Origin: Pelomyxa schiedti | Lineage: Eukaryota > Protista > Evosea | Reading direction: 5' to 3' | NCBI GenBank assembly: GCA_020536535.1 | Contig: JAHLWZ010000123.1 | Coordinates: 62,001 to 126,000 of the forward strand | DNA length: 64,000 bases | Shown: positions 27,479 through 40,551 of the stretch, one piece after another | Numbering within the stretch: position 1 is the stretch's first letter | How the letters are laid out: each line of letters begins with the position of its first letter | Position numbers and translations under genes: made by a program | The notes under the pieces: model-generated | Told to the model about the DNA's origin: nothing | What the model saw: only the letters and a program-made list of their open reading frames with translations | The model's database searches: none

Positions 27479-29027
27479 CTAATTAGCACCCATCCAGTAG
27501 CATCGGGCAGTAAATGCAACTGGGAGGGCGAGCCACACGGAGGCAAGAGCAACCATTATGGAAGTAAGGAGGCCGCAAATGGAGGCTTTTTTGCTGTAGC
27601 GGCGGCTAATGAGTATAGAGAACATAACTATGCCAACCAGGCCACCGGGTATCATCATGCTCCAGATGCATATTGCGGTTACCCAGCCGGCACAGCCGTC
27701 AGAGATTGTGTAGAAGCACATTGCGATGCAGGGGATGGTCACAATAGCTTGCACAATCCATCCAGAAATGAACATTGCTTTCGAGTTATGATAAGGAACC
27801 TTGTTCACACTGAGTCGCGTTTAAGTCAAGAAAGATGTCATACCCCCAGTTTTGGAAGTGGAATGACAGTCGATGTGCACAAGTTTAATACCGCATTCCT
27901 CATCTTCACGATGGCAATTATGCTGAGCACCAAATAAACCACCTGAAAAGCTTCCCATCCAACCCAGGTCATTCCCCAAACCCAAGTCTCTTCCATAGGA
28001 ATCATGAAACCGAACATGGCTATATTGCACACAAATCCGAGAAGGCCAAAGGCAAGAATACTATCTGGTGAAATGTAAGTGCGGAAGCAAAATGTGGATG
28101 CAACATACTATTCCAATCTTCATTGGCAAGCAGGAATGGAAGTCGATTATTGAAAGAAAATATGAGGATGGAGAACAACAGTGTAAATATTGCAAGAATG
28201 CCGAACATCCACCAACACAATGTCAAAACCTAGGACAAGTTAGTATACTATGTAAACCGCAGTAGGATACTCACAGAAACTACAGTGTTGAGGAGCAACA
28301 GCACAACCAACTTGACGGCGAAGTTATTCCGATGCACGTCGTTCTGAACCAGTGTTCGAAGAAGATGAGAATCTGAATACCCGCTTTCGATGTAGTCCCC
28401 AACTGTGGCTGTTTGTGGAGCAGCAGGAGCACCTGGCTTTCGAGCAGCTAGAAGGTAGCACCCCAAAGCAAATGAAGCACGGCTGAGACCTTTCTCGTTG
28501 CACCCCGTCCACGTTCTGCTTGCCATGTTGGCAGCACAGCACTGTTGTTCGCCCATCATTGAGCAGTGAGACCACATACTGCCGCTGCATTTAGAAAAAA
28601 CCATTCTCTCCACCTCGTCGAGGAAGAAAGCCTCGTCGCCATACTGTGCCCAGACCGCTCGAGCAGAGTCAAGCCTGGCGAGTTCTGGTCGCCCGCCCAG
28701 CTTTGGCAGGCCATCAAAAACGGTATCACAGTGGCGAGCGAAATCTTGCGGCACAATGCCAAGGTACCCGGGCTCGATTGGTTTCCCGTCAGGAGTGGGC
28801 ATTGCGGGCATTGCTGTAAGTGGCGCCATTTGTTGCATCGGCGCGACTTGCACTTGGGCCATCGGGTTCATTCCAGGTTGCACCATTATGAGCGGTTGTT
28901 GATTTTGTTGCGGCATCTGGGCGAACATCTGCGTGTTGGGTACGATGATCGCACCAGCGGGGATCTGGCTTGGATCTTGGGCATAGTATATGATCTGGGG
29001 CTGTTGTTGCGGTTGTGCCTCGAGCAT
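27479..29027 (-). CDS. Uncharacterised multi-pass membrane protein with a Q/P/M-rich N-terminus
   Basis: Four exons joined by GT-AG introns; about 6-7 hydrophobic segments in the C-terminal half; no family motif recognised. Confidence 0.7.
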
Positions 29028-29426
29028 TTTTATTTATTTTTTTTTTGTTTTACAACGTGCTTTGCTGTTTGTTCGTTACGCTTTGTTTTTAATTAAATTA
29101 ATGATTGGATTTTCGTTGTTTCCTTAAAAAAAATTAATTTCCCAAGCCTTCGCAGTAGCCCCGTGTGACTTTTTCTGGGGATAACAGAAATTGGCTGGGC
29201 CGTAATTTTGACGGCACGTCAAAGATCAAATCTCTTAGTCCCGCGGCGTGCTGAGCCATTCTTGGGAACCCAAGGATGCCATAAGAGAACAACTCCAGAT
29301 CCTGGTACTACTCTTCTACCCCCAGATTCTGAACAAATTCACAAAAGTGTGCCTCTGTGAACGAACGTCGGTTGGTTTGTCAAAACGACCAAAGCAATAA
29401 CAAAAAACACCCAAGGTCGAACCGTC

Positions 29427-32400
29427 ATGAAGAAGGGGTCTGCAAGATCTACGGCGTTGTCGGCAGATCTTGGGGCAAAGGCTGAGGAGGTTGTGGTGTG
29501 CCGGTGTTTCTGGTTTAAGATCGACAAGGAGTCGTTGTCGTCGGCACAATCACAAGCGGCATCAGCTCATCCTGATGTCAAAGTATTGACTGTTCGCGAT
29601 TTCACAAAGGTTTCTCCAAGTTTTTTTTTGTTTGTTTCTCCCGAGAAGTGACTGTACGCTCAGGCTGATGTCATTGTGAGGGGGCAAGGAAAGATACCTG
29701 CTTTCATGAGCACACGAGTTTCTACAACTTGTACTGCGTCAGACCTGAGCTCGTTTTTATCACAATTTGTGAAAGAAAAACAGCAGGAGAAGCTACGAAG
29801 GCAGCAGGAACTAGCTGCAAAGCAGGCATCTGCAAAAGGCACCGCTATTGTGCCTCCTGAGGTGGTTGTACTGTCTGAGTCTACGGGCCCGACACCACCT
29901 CCATCTCCAACGGTAAATATGTTGCTGCCAGATAAAGCTGTGTGTGGTGACTCCGCTAAAAGCTTAAACTGTTGTATGATAGCAATTTTTGGAAGCCACT
30001 TCAATGTGTCAGAGAGCTCTGGCATTATTATACGGTTTGGTGATAATGTGTTCCCAACCAGAATTGAGGTTCACTCGTCAACTTCAGTTGTGGCAACACT
30101 ACCCCCTCTCGTGCATGTGCCTCCTGGGGATGTACAAGTGAGTGCTTCAAATGATGGTACAAAGATTCCCAGTTAGAATACAAATCATAACAAAAAAAAG
30201 GTGGCAAACATTTTGGAATTTCGTGCACCTTCACCTTTTACAGTCCCACAGTGGAGCGCGGTCTTTCAACTGCACAGGAGGAACAAAATTTGGAGGCTAA
30301 GTTGGCAACCCTCAGAAGGTCTTATGGTGATGTTATTTTGAGCTGAGAAGTCTAAACAAAGACTTAGGAGTATCCAGCAACTTGAAGTAGCCATGGTCAA
30401 TGTAAGAAATTTAGAGGCAGAAATAATTGGCAGTGTGAAAAAGCCTCTGTCCATTACGGGAAGACAACCTTTAATGATCACTCAACCCGAGGTAAAAAAG
30501 GAACGAAATTATCAGTATTTCTCACCTTCACAGCCTCAGGCTCCCATACCAACTTTCGCACCACAGATAGAGAGCAGAGTACTTCAACCAAAAGTTGATC
30601 GTGAGCTGAAGATTTTTATCTCTTCCACGTTCCGAGATATGGATGCAGAGAGAAATCTTATTGGTGAGGCTCGAAACCTTTTTATTTTTGAATAACAACC
30701 GACTTCCTTCAGTTAAGCAAGTCTTTCCCCGATTGAAACAGATATGCATGGAGCGCGATGTTTGTCTAACTTATGTGGATCTACGTTGGGGATTAACTGG
30801 TATATTTTTGTATCTGTTTTTGGAATGCATCTCATAGTTATATAGGTACTGCCTCTGATAATGCCGCGACGCTATTATTGTGCCTCCGTGAATTGAGCCA
30901 GTGCAACGTTTTCGTGGGCATGTATGGAGAAAGGTAATCTACCCGTTGTAATCAAGTAAGTTAGTGATTAATCATCCAGATATGGGTGGTGTCTTTCTGA
31001 TGATTTCTATCGTAATCCGACGCAACAGGATGACCTTCTTAAGGTAAGAATTGATTCTAGGTTTTTCCTTCTTAGGTTTCTATTAACGATATTCAGCGGT
31101 CATTTGACGTGGCAGCAAAAGAATTCCCATGGGTGCAACAACTTGTGGACCGCAGTGTCACTGAACTTGAATGGAGGATGGTAAATTGTCCTACTCTACA
31201 GTTTAGTTTTAATTGTTTGGCAGGTACTTGAGAGAAAAACTAAAGGGGATGTTGCTTCTTTCTTTTTCCTCAGGGACCCGTATTACATTCAATCTGACGT
31301 TCCTGGTATCGATTGAACCTACAGTGACTCGCGATCCTACAATTCACTTTTCTATGTAGAGTCTGAGAGATATCTATACAAATCGGAGGGCCCAAGCCAA
31401 GAAAGCAAACTGTCTCAATTGAAAGTCACTGTAACTAAATCTGGACTTCCTTGTTCAGCTTATAACCGTCCTTCACATCTCGTGGACCTCATGTAGTGGA
31501 CTTTTAGTCCCTATCTTCCTTACAATATTGTAAGGTATGAGCAACTCCAGGACTACTTGAATAAGCTGTACCCAGAGGGTTCTGTTTTGACACCATTAGA
31601 ATGTGAAAGAGTTAGACATGGCTGGTACAGGTACTCATTTAAGTTCTTGTTGTTCGTTTGTCCACTAAGAACTGAGCTAGTTCTACCCTTCGTCAAGTGT
31701 TTGTACCTCAAGATAAATATAATGCGGAGCTTGATTCCTTCGCATCCAGCAACACAGTGGTCGGGGTTTGCGCTGTAATTGGTTCCACGGGAATGGGAAA
31801 ATCAGCGCTACTAGCGAATTGGATAGTGAGATACAACCGACATCACCCTGAATTTCCGTGCGTGATTCATCACGTTGGAGCATCAGCTTCATCTACTTCT
31901 CATTGTCTGATGCTGAGGAGATGCTTAAATGTGTTGCCTATTACCTTTGCTGCCGTAACGCCTTAGTATTTTATAGGATCTTCTCTCCCAACTTGGGGAT
32001 ACAACCGACTCTATTCCGAAGGATGATGAATATATGATAGCCAAATTGCCCCAAGTTATGCAGCAAATTGCCCAACGAAACAAGCGCTCCAAGATTATTT
32101 TGGTGCTAGAGGGCATAGATAAACTTGACGACACAGTAAGTCTGCGTAACCCATGCGCTACCAACGTATCTGCAGGATAATTCTTCAGACCTTCTCTGGC
32201 TTCCTAAAATTTTACCTCCCGAAATTCGTCTCATTGTATCGACAACTCCTTCTAGCCCTTCTGGGATGGAGGTATCTGTTTGCACATAAACGATTTTCTT
32301 ACAGTATTGCTACAGTTGAAAAAAAGAGATGCAGTCATCGTTGAGCTTTTACCTCTTCCTGAAGATAGTAGGACAACTGTAATCCGAGAATACTTACTCT

Positions 32401-34771
32401 TGCATGGAAAGAGATTGACAGATGCACAAGAGGTCAAATCCTGCTAATTTGGAGGCACGTTACAAACATATAAATGTAGGTATTGGTAAAGAAAGCAACC
32501 CAAACAGGAGTGCCCAGATATCTCATCACACTCCTCGATGATATATTACTTTGGGGTGACTTCGCTTCTCTTAATTCTCGTATAGTTCAAGATCTCAAGG
32601 TAGATTAGTTGGTTTTTATGTCGTTTTATTGAAAAGTTTCCAGGCAAGAAATGTATGTGAGCTATATCAGTTGCTTTTGAAGCGCTTGGAGGAAGATTAT
32701 GATAAATCAGGCAAGGGCGTTGTCCGACATAGTACATCAATACTATGGGCTGCAAGATCTGGTATCACTATGGTAGAACTAGAAGAGCTATTAGCGGCAA
32801 GGGTAACGATCTCCTGCCAACATAAATTTGATGCAGTGACATTTTATTGTAGGGTATTGACAAACTCCAGTGGCTAAGTTTGTTTGCCGCACTGGATAGT
32901 TTGCTGATCAACTCTTCTGGGTACCTTAAATGGGCGAACCAGGTAATAGGACTTTTTCCCCAATGTTTCTGACCTCATCCCGCAGCCAATTAAGGAGGCT
33001 GTAGCTGCATGCTTCTTGACTGAAGAGTCGGAGATAAATAGTATACATGCAACTCTCGCCGATTTCTTGATGAAGGTCGGCTATTTTGAAATTCTAATCG
33101 AGGTCACATCTTCAACAGCAAGAAGCGTACATCACAGAACGGAAGGCAACGGAAGGTGTCTGGCAACTATTTTGCGCAAAGCAGTGGGAAATTTTGGCCA
33201 ATGTACTTTCTGATCTCCACATGTTTATGTGGATTTTCAAATCGAAAGAGAGATATATGCTTGTCAAGGTAAAATACTTCAATCAATAAGTAACCTGACT
33301 TCTTTTTCAGTACTGGGATGAAATTGAAAAAAATAGCACCATTTCAATGGTAGAAAGGTATCACGAGGCCTTGTCAGTACCTACAAAGTTTCCTGGTCCT
33401 CTCCTTTTCCCTCTTGCAACACCAACCAACCTTTGTTAGGGGATGTCATCACTGGGGACTTGTACTATAATGTTGGGACGTTTTTGGGTGATGCCTCTAA
33501 GTTTCAGCCCTCTTTGGATGTATTAAGCCGCGCACTGAGCTGGTATTCAAATAGCTCACAGAGTCTAGCTGTTGCCAAGGTCTCGAAGTATTGTAACACA
33601 TCACTTCTGAGTTGTGTCTAGGTCCGATATAGCATGGGATGCGCAAAAATAACCATGGGACATTTCCAAGATGCAGAACGCCTTCTTGTAAAAGCAGCTG
33701 ACACGTATAAGGCTGAACAAGGCGAAGATAGCGAAGATGTTGCCCAGGTTATAAACCGGCTGGGCCATTTGTATTTAAACATGAGCAAACTATCAGTTAA
33801 GACTTATACTGTTGTTACAACAATATGAACACCTTTCAAGGAAGCAGAACAATGTTTCGACAAAGCACTGAAAATTAGGAAAGAAAAGCTTGGAGGAAGC
33901 CATGTACGGTGTGCGCAGACAATCAGAAATCTCGCACATCTGTGCGAACGAAAGGGTACAATTTTACACCTGTGCTCTTGTCTCATTTACCTGCATTTAG
34001 GTCAGTATGAACAAGGCTATCAATACGCCCTTGAAGCAGTCCAATTAACCGAGAATTGGTTTGGACCTCACCATGCGACACTTGCGTTTCCCCTTATTCG
34101 TCTTGGAGTGGTAAAAACACATGCTCCTTTTTCTTGAAACTCACCTGGAATAACAGTTGAGTCAAATCTTGGGCAAACGCCAAGAAGCTCAGGAAATTCT
34201 CGATCGGGCACTGGACATTTGCATCAAGCGTTGCGGAATGTTCCACCCATACACCGCTGAGGCGCACCACGGCATTGGAAGCCTGGCAGCAAGCAACGGC
34301 CAGTACGATACTGCAGCTCACCATCTTCAACAAAGCGTGGAGATAACAACAAAAACTGTTGGTGCATCACATCCAGACACTTTGCGAGTAAAACACAGGT
34401 TGGCAATGGTACACATGGAAATGGATCCTTCCAAAGCAGGTGACTCTAACCAATGTTTTAGCCTAGCCTCTTAAATACCCAATAGAGGCGGAGCTCTTAT
34501 CTGTCCTTGCTGAAAGGAAGCGTGTTCTGCCAGAGAATGATCCCAGAATTGCACAATCTCATAAGGCTCTCGTCACCTGCTTCCAACTCCAAAAGAAGTA
34601 CAACACCCAAACTCTGTATCTGTTTTTTCATCTATCTCTAGGTACAAGGCCGCAATAGAACAAGGAGAGAAAGCAATTGCCGTTTTGCGTAACCACTATG
34701 GACCTGGACAGCCCGAGGAGAAGGGTGTCATAGAAAGGATCCAACAAATCAAACGCCTCGGAAATCTCTAA
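29427..34771 (+). CDS. IPT/TIG - DUF4062 - NACHT/STAND NTPase - TPR protein (NPHP3/TEP1/NWD-like), more than 25 introns
   Basis: IFGSHF..IRFG..VQVSASNDG (IPT); KIFISSTFRDMDAER..VDLRWG..GERYGW..SVTELE (DUF4062); GSTGMGKSALLA; LVLEGIDKL; kinesin-light-chain-type TPRs. Continuous frame traced through GT-AG introns. Confidence 0.9.
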
Positions 34772-34883
34772 AGCCAAAACCCACCAGCACAACTTCTAAG
34801 GGGAAAAAAATGTTTGGTTGGATGATCACACATTCCTGTTCTTGTACAAAAACAATTTTATTCCCAAATCCAGCACACAGGTT

Positions 34884-37262
34884 TCAGAGCTTGAATTTCT
34901 GAGCCAGGGTCTTGAGGAGATCCACACCAAGGCCACTGCAGACCGACGTCGACGAAGCTGTGGGGCTTCCTGACTGAGGCAAGAACACAGCACACCCGCA
35001 GACGTGAGGAATCACCAGCAGGCCAACGCCGGAGCTTCCCATAATGGCCGGCACCTTCTGAGGCATGCTTACCGGGCCCAACTCCTTCAGTGTGGACATT
35101 ACCTTGTCGACTGCAGGAATCGCCGGACTGCTGCTGCTTTTGCTTGTAAGTGGGCACACACCATCGTTTGCTAGGGATGCGGCGTAGGCGGCGGCCTGCG
35201 GGCAAGTCATTTGTAGGCTGTTGGCCTGGAAGTAGAAGTCCATGGCCACGTTGACTGGGGAGCTTTCCGGGAAGTTGCCGTTGGCTTTCATGGCGTAGAC
35301 GTGGGCCCACTCTTCGGCGCATGATGACTTGCTGTAGAGGTAGCTTGGGATGCTGTAGCCCACTCCGCTTCCCGCCATAGAAGCTGCTCTGTCAGATAGC
35401 GTGGCAGCGCACTGCCAGATAGGCTTTCCTCCACCTGTAATAAGTGCTGACACAGTAGCTGCTCCGGGCGGGCACCAGGCATTGCTAGCTTTTGCACCAA
35501 ACTCGCTGCCGCTAGGACCTGTGTTTGAGACCCATCGTACCCATTCTTGCTCTCCGCAGCAGTCACAACAAAGTAAACTGAGCAAAGGCCAGGCACATGC
35601 CTGTAAAGGGAGAGAGCTCTGGGTCCCTTGTGAGAAAGTAAAGCCATCCACATTGCAGAATGCAATACCAAAACCTTTGTGTGATTTGGATGCCTCCGCT
35701 GAAAATACTTGCCATAGCTCTTCACAAAACTGCGGGAAAGGTGGAAGGCTCTTTGGCCAGTTAGGACCACTAACATCTTGGGGTGGTGTTGTAGCAGGAG
35801 GTGGTGATGATGAGGGGGCTGGGGTGGGTGTGTCTTGTACAACAGGTTTTGGCTTTAGTGCGGGATTGCGTACTGCAGTTGGTTTTTCTACTGTTGCCGC
35901 GGGCTTTTCAGTTGGTGCTGGTTTGGCTGCAGGAGGTTGCTCTGCTGGTGTTGGCTTTTCAACTGGTGCGGTCTTCTCCACGGCTACAGTCTTCTCTGCT
36001 ACTGGTTTCTCTGCCGGGGTGGGTTTCTCTGCTGGTGTAGCCTTATCTGCAGTCGAATTTGTAAGTCCAGGTCTCGGTCGCAAAACGGGTTTCTCAGTGG
36101 CTGCAGGTGTTGGCTTGTCAGTGGCGGCAGGAGTTGGCTTTTCGGCTGCCGGCTTGTCACCTGGAGGTGCAGGAGTAGCCCTATTCACTGCTGGGCGAAG
36201 TGGTGTTGCTCTGCCAGTTCCGGTGGGTGCAGCGCCAGTTGAGCTGCTTATAGGCCTGAGACCTGTAGTACCAGTAGTTCCCTCAGTAGCAGGAGCTGTT
36301 GGTGTTGACCTGCGTATGGGTGGTTTATCAGCTCCCGGCTGAGCAGGTTTTTCAGAAGCGGGCTTCTCACCTCCACCCGTTCCGACTCTTGCGGGCATTG
36401 GTGGCTTTTCACTTGATGCTGAAACTGGTTTCAAAGAACCAGGACCTGGAATTGGATTTGCATTGACAGCGGGCGGAGGGGGATTTGCACCCGGCTCAGT
36501 CTTTTTAAGGCCAGTTGCTCTCAAATGGACCTGAGCAGCGGCAGCAGCGGCAAGTTGTGCCTCAGGCCTGACAACCTTCGGCGGGGCTGGAGTCGCTGCC
36601 TCCCCTGGCTGCTGTGCCGGTTGGGCTGGGTTCGTTGCTGCTGGTGCTGTTGTTGCTGCTGGTGTTGCCGCAACTGCAACTGTCGGTTGCTGTGCCGGTT
36701 GAGCGGACACGGCGGTTTTCGCCGGTTGCTTCGCGGAAGAGGCCGCCGGCTTAGGAGGGATCATTTCTGCGAAGTTGGCGGGGAACCACCCGACGGCGCC
36801 GTTCAAGTCGCCCTGCCACCACCCGCTGGTGTCCTGCGTGATGACGTTGATGATGTCGCCGATCGAGAAGCTGAGCTCCTCGGCGCCCTCGGCTTGGTAG
36901 TTGTACGCGCCGCGGCATTGGCAGACGAACGCCGGCTCCGACGCTGGCGTGGCCGCCGGCTGGTCCTCCTCTACTGCCGCGGCCGGGGCGGATTGTGGGA
37001 CGACGGCCACGGGCTGGGGCTGAGGCTGCGGCTGAGGCTGAGCCTGGGGAGGAGGGGGCTCCTCGGCGATCACTTCCACGAAGTTGTTTGGGAATTCGCC
37101 GGTGGCGCCGTTGCATTCGCCCTGCCACCAGCCGTTGGGGTTTTGCTCGAAGACGTTTACTATCTGGCCCTCTTGGAGTGAGAGTTCGGTGGCCTCGTTG
37201 GCGGCGTACGAGTACAACACGCGCACGTGGCAGATAACGGGGCGGGCACCTCGGCGTTGCAT
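34884..37262 (-). CDS. Intronless SH3-SH3 - Pro/Ala-rich linker (WH2-like motif, EKPTPA repeats) - inactive glutaminase-fold protein
   Basis: Two canonical SH3 domains (VLYSY..ELSL..GWWQG..GEFPNNFV; AYNY..ELSF..GWWQG..GWFPANF). The C-terminal ~290 aa are colinear with glutaminase: FGIAFCNVDG, LQACAWPL, GPSG, MDFYFQANSL, AASLANDGVCPLT, PAIMGSSGVGLLVIP. Confidence 0.85.
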   Translation of the reverse strand: MQRRGARPVICHVRVLYSYAANEATELSLQEGQIVNVFEQNPNGWWQGECNGATGEFPNNFVEVIAEEPPPPQAQPQPQPQPQPVAVVPQSAPAAAVEEDQPAATPASEPAFVCQCRGAYNYQAEGAEELSFSIGDIINVITQDTSGWWQGDLNGAVGWFPANFAEMIPPKPAASSAKQPAKTAVSAQPAQQPTVAVAATPAATTAPAATNPAQPAQQPGEAATPAPPKVVRPEAQLAAAAAAQVHLRATGLKKTEPGANPPPPAVNANPIPGPGSLKPVSASSEKPPMPARVGTGGGEKPASEKPAQPGADKPPIRRSTPTAPATEGTTGTTGLRPISSSTGAAPTGTGRATPLRPAVNRATPAPPGDKPAAEKPTPAATDKPTPAATEKPVLRPRPGLTNSTADKATPAEKPTPAEKPVAEKTVAVEKTAPVEKPTPAEQPPAAKPAPTEKPAATVEKPTAVRNPALKPKPVVQDTPTPAPSSSPPPATTPPQDVSGPNWPKSLPPFPQFCEELWQVFSAEASKSHKGFGIAFCNVDGFTFSQGTQSSLPLQACAWPLLSLLCCDCCGEQEWVRWVSNTGPSGSEFGAKASNAWCPPGAATVSALITGGGKPIWQCAATLSDRAASMAGSGVGYSIPSYLYSKSSCAEEWAHVYAMKANGNFPESSPVNVAMDFYFQANSLQMTCPQAAAYAASLANDGVCPLTSKSSSSPAIPAVDKVMSTLKELGPVSMPQKVPAIMGSSGVGLLVIPHVCGCAVFLPQSGSPTASSTSVCSGLGVDLLKTLAQKFKL

Positions 37263-37641
37263 TCGTAATTGTGGGAGTTAGGCGGGGGGGTGTCGGGTGT
37301 TATTGTGTTGGGGACGGATTTGGTAGTAGCAGTCTAAATTTCGTGGCTGTGACGACGGGGTATTGGTGTCACTTTGGAGGCGCGTTGATATTTCGCGGCG
37401 GCGTCGCAACGAGACGTACAGCCTCTTGGCGAAAAGTTTATTTTGCTTTTGTTTCTTCCTAAAAAAAGCTGCACCTTGGAATCGAACTCTGAGATTGAGT
37501 CCCAACGAAACCCACCCCACAGCTTCATGCGGATTGCTCGGCGAGGTGCCAAGTTGTGACAGAGACAGCACTTACATGCAGGTAATTTTCTGCACCGGAT
37601 CTGAAAAGGGGAAAAAGATAAAACATCAAAAATCGGAGGAA

Positions 37642-40551
37642 ATGGGGGACAGTGACGATGAAGCGGAAATGGTTGTTGTCCAAGCCACGTGTTTTTCTTT
37701 GTAGTTGTGTTTGCTTTGCGAGGTTCTTATTTACGTTTTTTCTTTCCCACAACAGCACTCGATGAGAAAGACGGGGCAGTACCTCAGGACAGTGGGCACG
37801 AGGATACACCCGCGCAAAGCTACCAACGAGGAGACGTCAAACACAACCTCAATCACTACAACGTCCTCGTCATCGTCAAGCACCGCAACCACCGAGACAA
37901 CCTCCACGACATCATCTTCATCGTCGCCTACTTCGGAGGCGCCCATAACACTCACCCAAGCCGCATCGCAAGCGGTGTCAACAATGCCGGCGCCAATGTT
38001 GAAAAAACTGGGACTGGACCATGGTGAGGACGCGCCACAACTTGTGTTGGACGAGACTGAACTGGCCAAGTTCTTGCCCACGCAGTTTGGAAAACGCAAA
38101 GAAAAAGTTGACATGGCTGCTGAATTCAAGAATGTTGCAAGGCGACCCTCTGCTGCGGCGAAATCCTCTGCCCCAACGTCTACTGCATCAACTACAAGCA
38201 GTGCAAAGCCAGGAGCGGAGGGCATTCCAGCGGAATTTCTTATATCGAAGGAGGAGCAAATTAGATTCCACACAGAGGTTGGCATGATGATCATATGGAT
38301 TGAACTGATCCCGCACAGGAATTCAGAAGACTTTCGACGGCTTCAAGTACCACCTCAACATCCACACCCACTCCAGCTGAAGATGAAAATGCTTACTTTG
38401 ATAATGTTACCCTCAACCACACACTTCCTGTCTCCCACGAGGTATGTCATTTTTCTTGATAGAGGGTGTCTTAGTACTTTTAGATTACATTGGGGGGTCA
38501 CGAAAAAGCTGTGAGTGCCCTAGCACTTGATGCAGGTGGAGCCCGACTTCTCACTGGTGGACATGATTACATGGTTTTAATGTGGGATTTTGCTGGTACG
38601 TTATGTCCTTTTTTTTAACAAAAACAAACCTATTGCTCTTATAGGTATGGATCAGAGGTTCAGATCTTTTCGATCCATAGAACCAGCTGGAGGACATATT
38701 ATTAACCAACTCAATTATTCCTCCAATGGAAAGCAGTGGGTGTGTGCCTCCGGAAGTGCTCAAGCGAAAATTTTTGATCGTGACGCTTTTCCTGTTGGTG
38801 AATTCGTGAAAGGTGATCAGTATCTATCGGATCTCAATAACACAAAGTACTCCAACATCCCATCATTTTTTTAGGTCCAGCCCTTCTACTTTTTTGTTAT
38901 AACACAAAGATACAACCACATAATACACACTTGAACACCAACCAACTTTAGGGGCCATGTGGCTACCGTTACCAACGCAATGTGGAATCCTGCCGACCCA
39001 GAAACTATGATGACATCTTCTCTTGATGGCACTGTGAGGTAATCTTTTTATGGTTTCTTTGGACACTGTGTTAAACCAGCACAGAATATGGAATGTCAAA
39101 GATATTAAGAAGCAAAAGATAGTGATTAAAGCCAAAGGAAAGGCATTAAGGACACGTCATGGAGTTTCGGCATCCTGCTACTCAGTTGATGGACGACTCA
39201 TATGCGGAGGTAGTAACTTTTTTTTTTGTCCCTATCCTGTCCTAATTGCGTAAAACAGCTGCCCAAGTGGAGGGTTCCATCCAAGTCTGGAGCAGTACTG
39301 GCCCTTACCATCGCCCCACTAGTGTTAGTTCTCCTTTTTGTTATTGTTATACTAATCATCCAAGATGGTGGAGCGTGCACACACTCCTGGAAGTGCAGTA
39401 TCTTCTCTCGCATTTTCTCGTGATTCAAGAATGATTGTATCACGTTGTCTCGATGACACTTTGAAGTAATTACCTCCTTTCAACATTTTTACGTAAAAGT
39501 CACTCGGAACATTTTATACCCTTGCAACCACTCATACTCATACACAAGCACTAACTCGAGAAAGGGTCTGGGACTTGCGAAGCTTCAAAGCTCCTGTTAA
39601 AGAATTTGAAGGCCTACAAAATTTCTTCCCTCACACTGATGTAATATTTTCTCCTAACGATGAATACATTCTGACAGGTTTGGTTTGCCTTCCTTTTCCT
39701 CCTTTTGAAATATTCCCTAGGAACAAGTATAAGAAAAGGAGAGGGAGCAAGCAAGTTGGTAGTCATAAGAAAGTCCAATCTGGAAATTGTTTCACAGCTT
39801 GACCAACCAGACGCTAGTGTTATCCGATTACTGTGGCATCCAAAGATAAACCAGGTTTTTCTTTCTTTTTATTGAAATGCTCAGCTAACTTTGTTTTAGC
39901 TCATAATGGGCCTGTCAAGTGGCCAAGTAAAAGTATTCTTTGACCCAAAGAGGAGCGAAAAAGGTGCAATAATGAGCTTGAGCAAGGGGAAAGCAAAAGC
40001 AGACTTGGAGAGTGCGTTGAATCAATACCCACACAGTGAGATTGTTCTACCTGACGAAGATGATGTATATGATATTCCATCACGCAAACGAGAACGCGAT
40101 CAGGTTAAACTCTTTTGGGGTTGTTTTTGATTAACTGAGTCCCTTTTGTAGCCACGTCGTGATCCGGTTCGATCCAGGAAACCTGATCTACCAGTTGGAG
40201 AGCCTGGAGTGAATGGAACTCTCCGCTCTAGTTTGACGCAACACCTTCTGAAAAATCTTGTCGTGGACCAAACAAGAAGTATATTTCTTGCATCCCGCGG
40301 TTATGTACAACTAACGCACTCCAAGATGAAGACCCAAGAGAAGCCATTCTTAAACATGCACAAACAGCCGAAAGTATGCCCTTACAACGATTTTCCATCA
40401 CATGCATTTCCTTTTTAACGTCACTGTTCCTCCCACAACAGATAAACCATTCTTCTTTGCCGGCTACGCCAAAACACAACCCAATCCAGTACTGGCACCC
40501 CCAGACCCCGAACCAGAGGAACCTGAAGAAAAGAAGTCCCGGCTGTTCTAG
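37642..40551 (+). CDS. WDR70: WD repeat protein 70 (GAD-1 homologue)
   Basis: LPTQFGK, LPVSHEI, GHEKAVSALALDAGGARL, WDFAGMD..FRSFR, EFVKGDQYLSDLNNTKGHV, LWHPKINQ, RDPVRSRKPDLP, EDPREAILK. Confidence 0.92.

Noticed and set aside
35401-37181. Long antisense ORFs (also at 21182-21897, 53931-54830 and 59735-60253)
   Set aside because: Shadow frames of GC-rich or repetitive coding sequence, with no motifs of their own.
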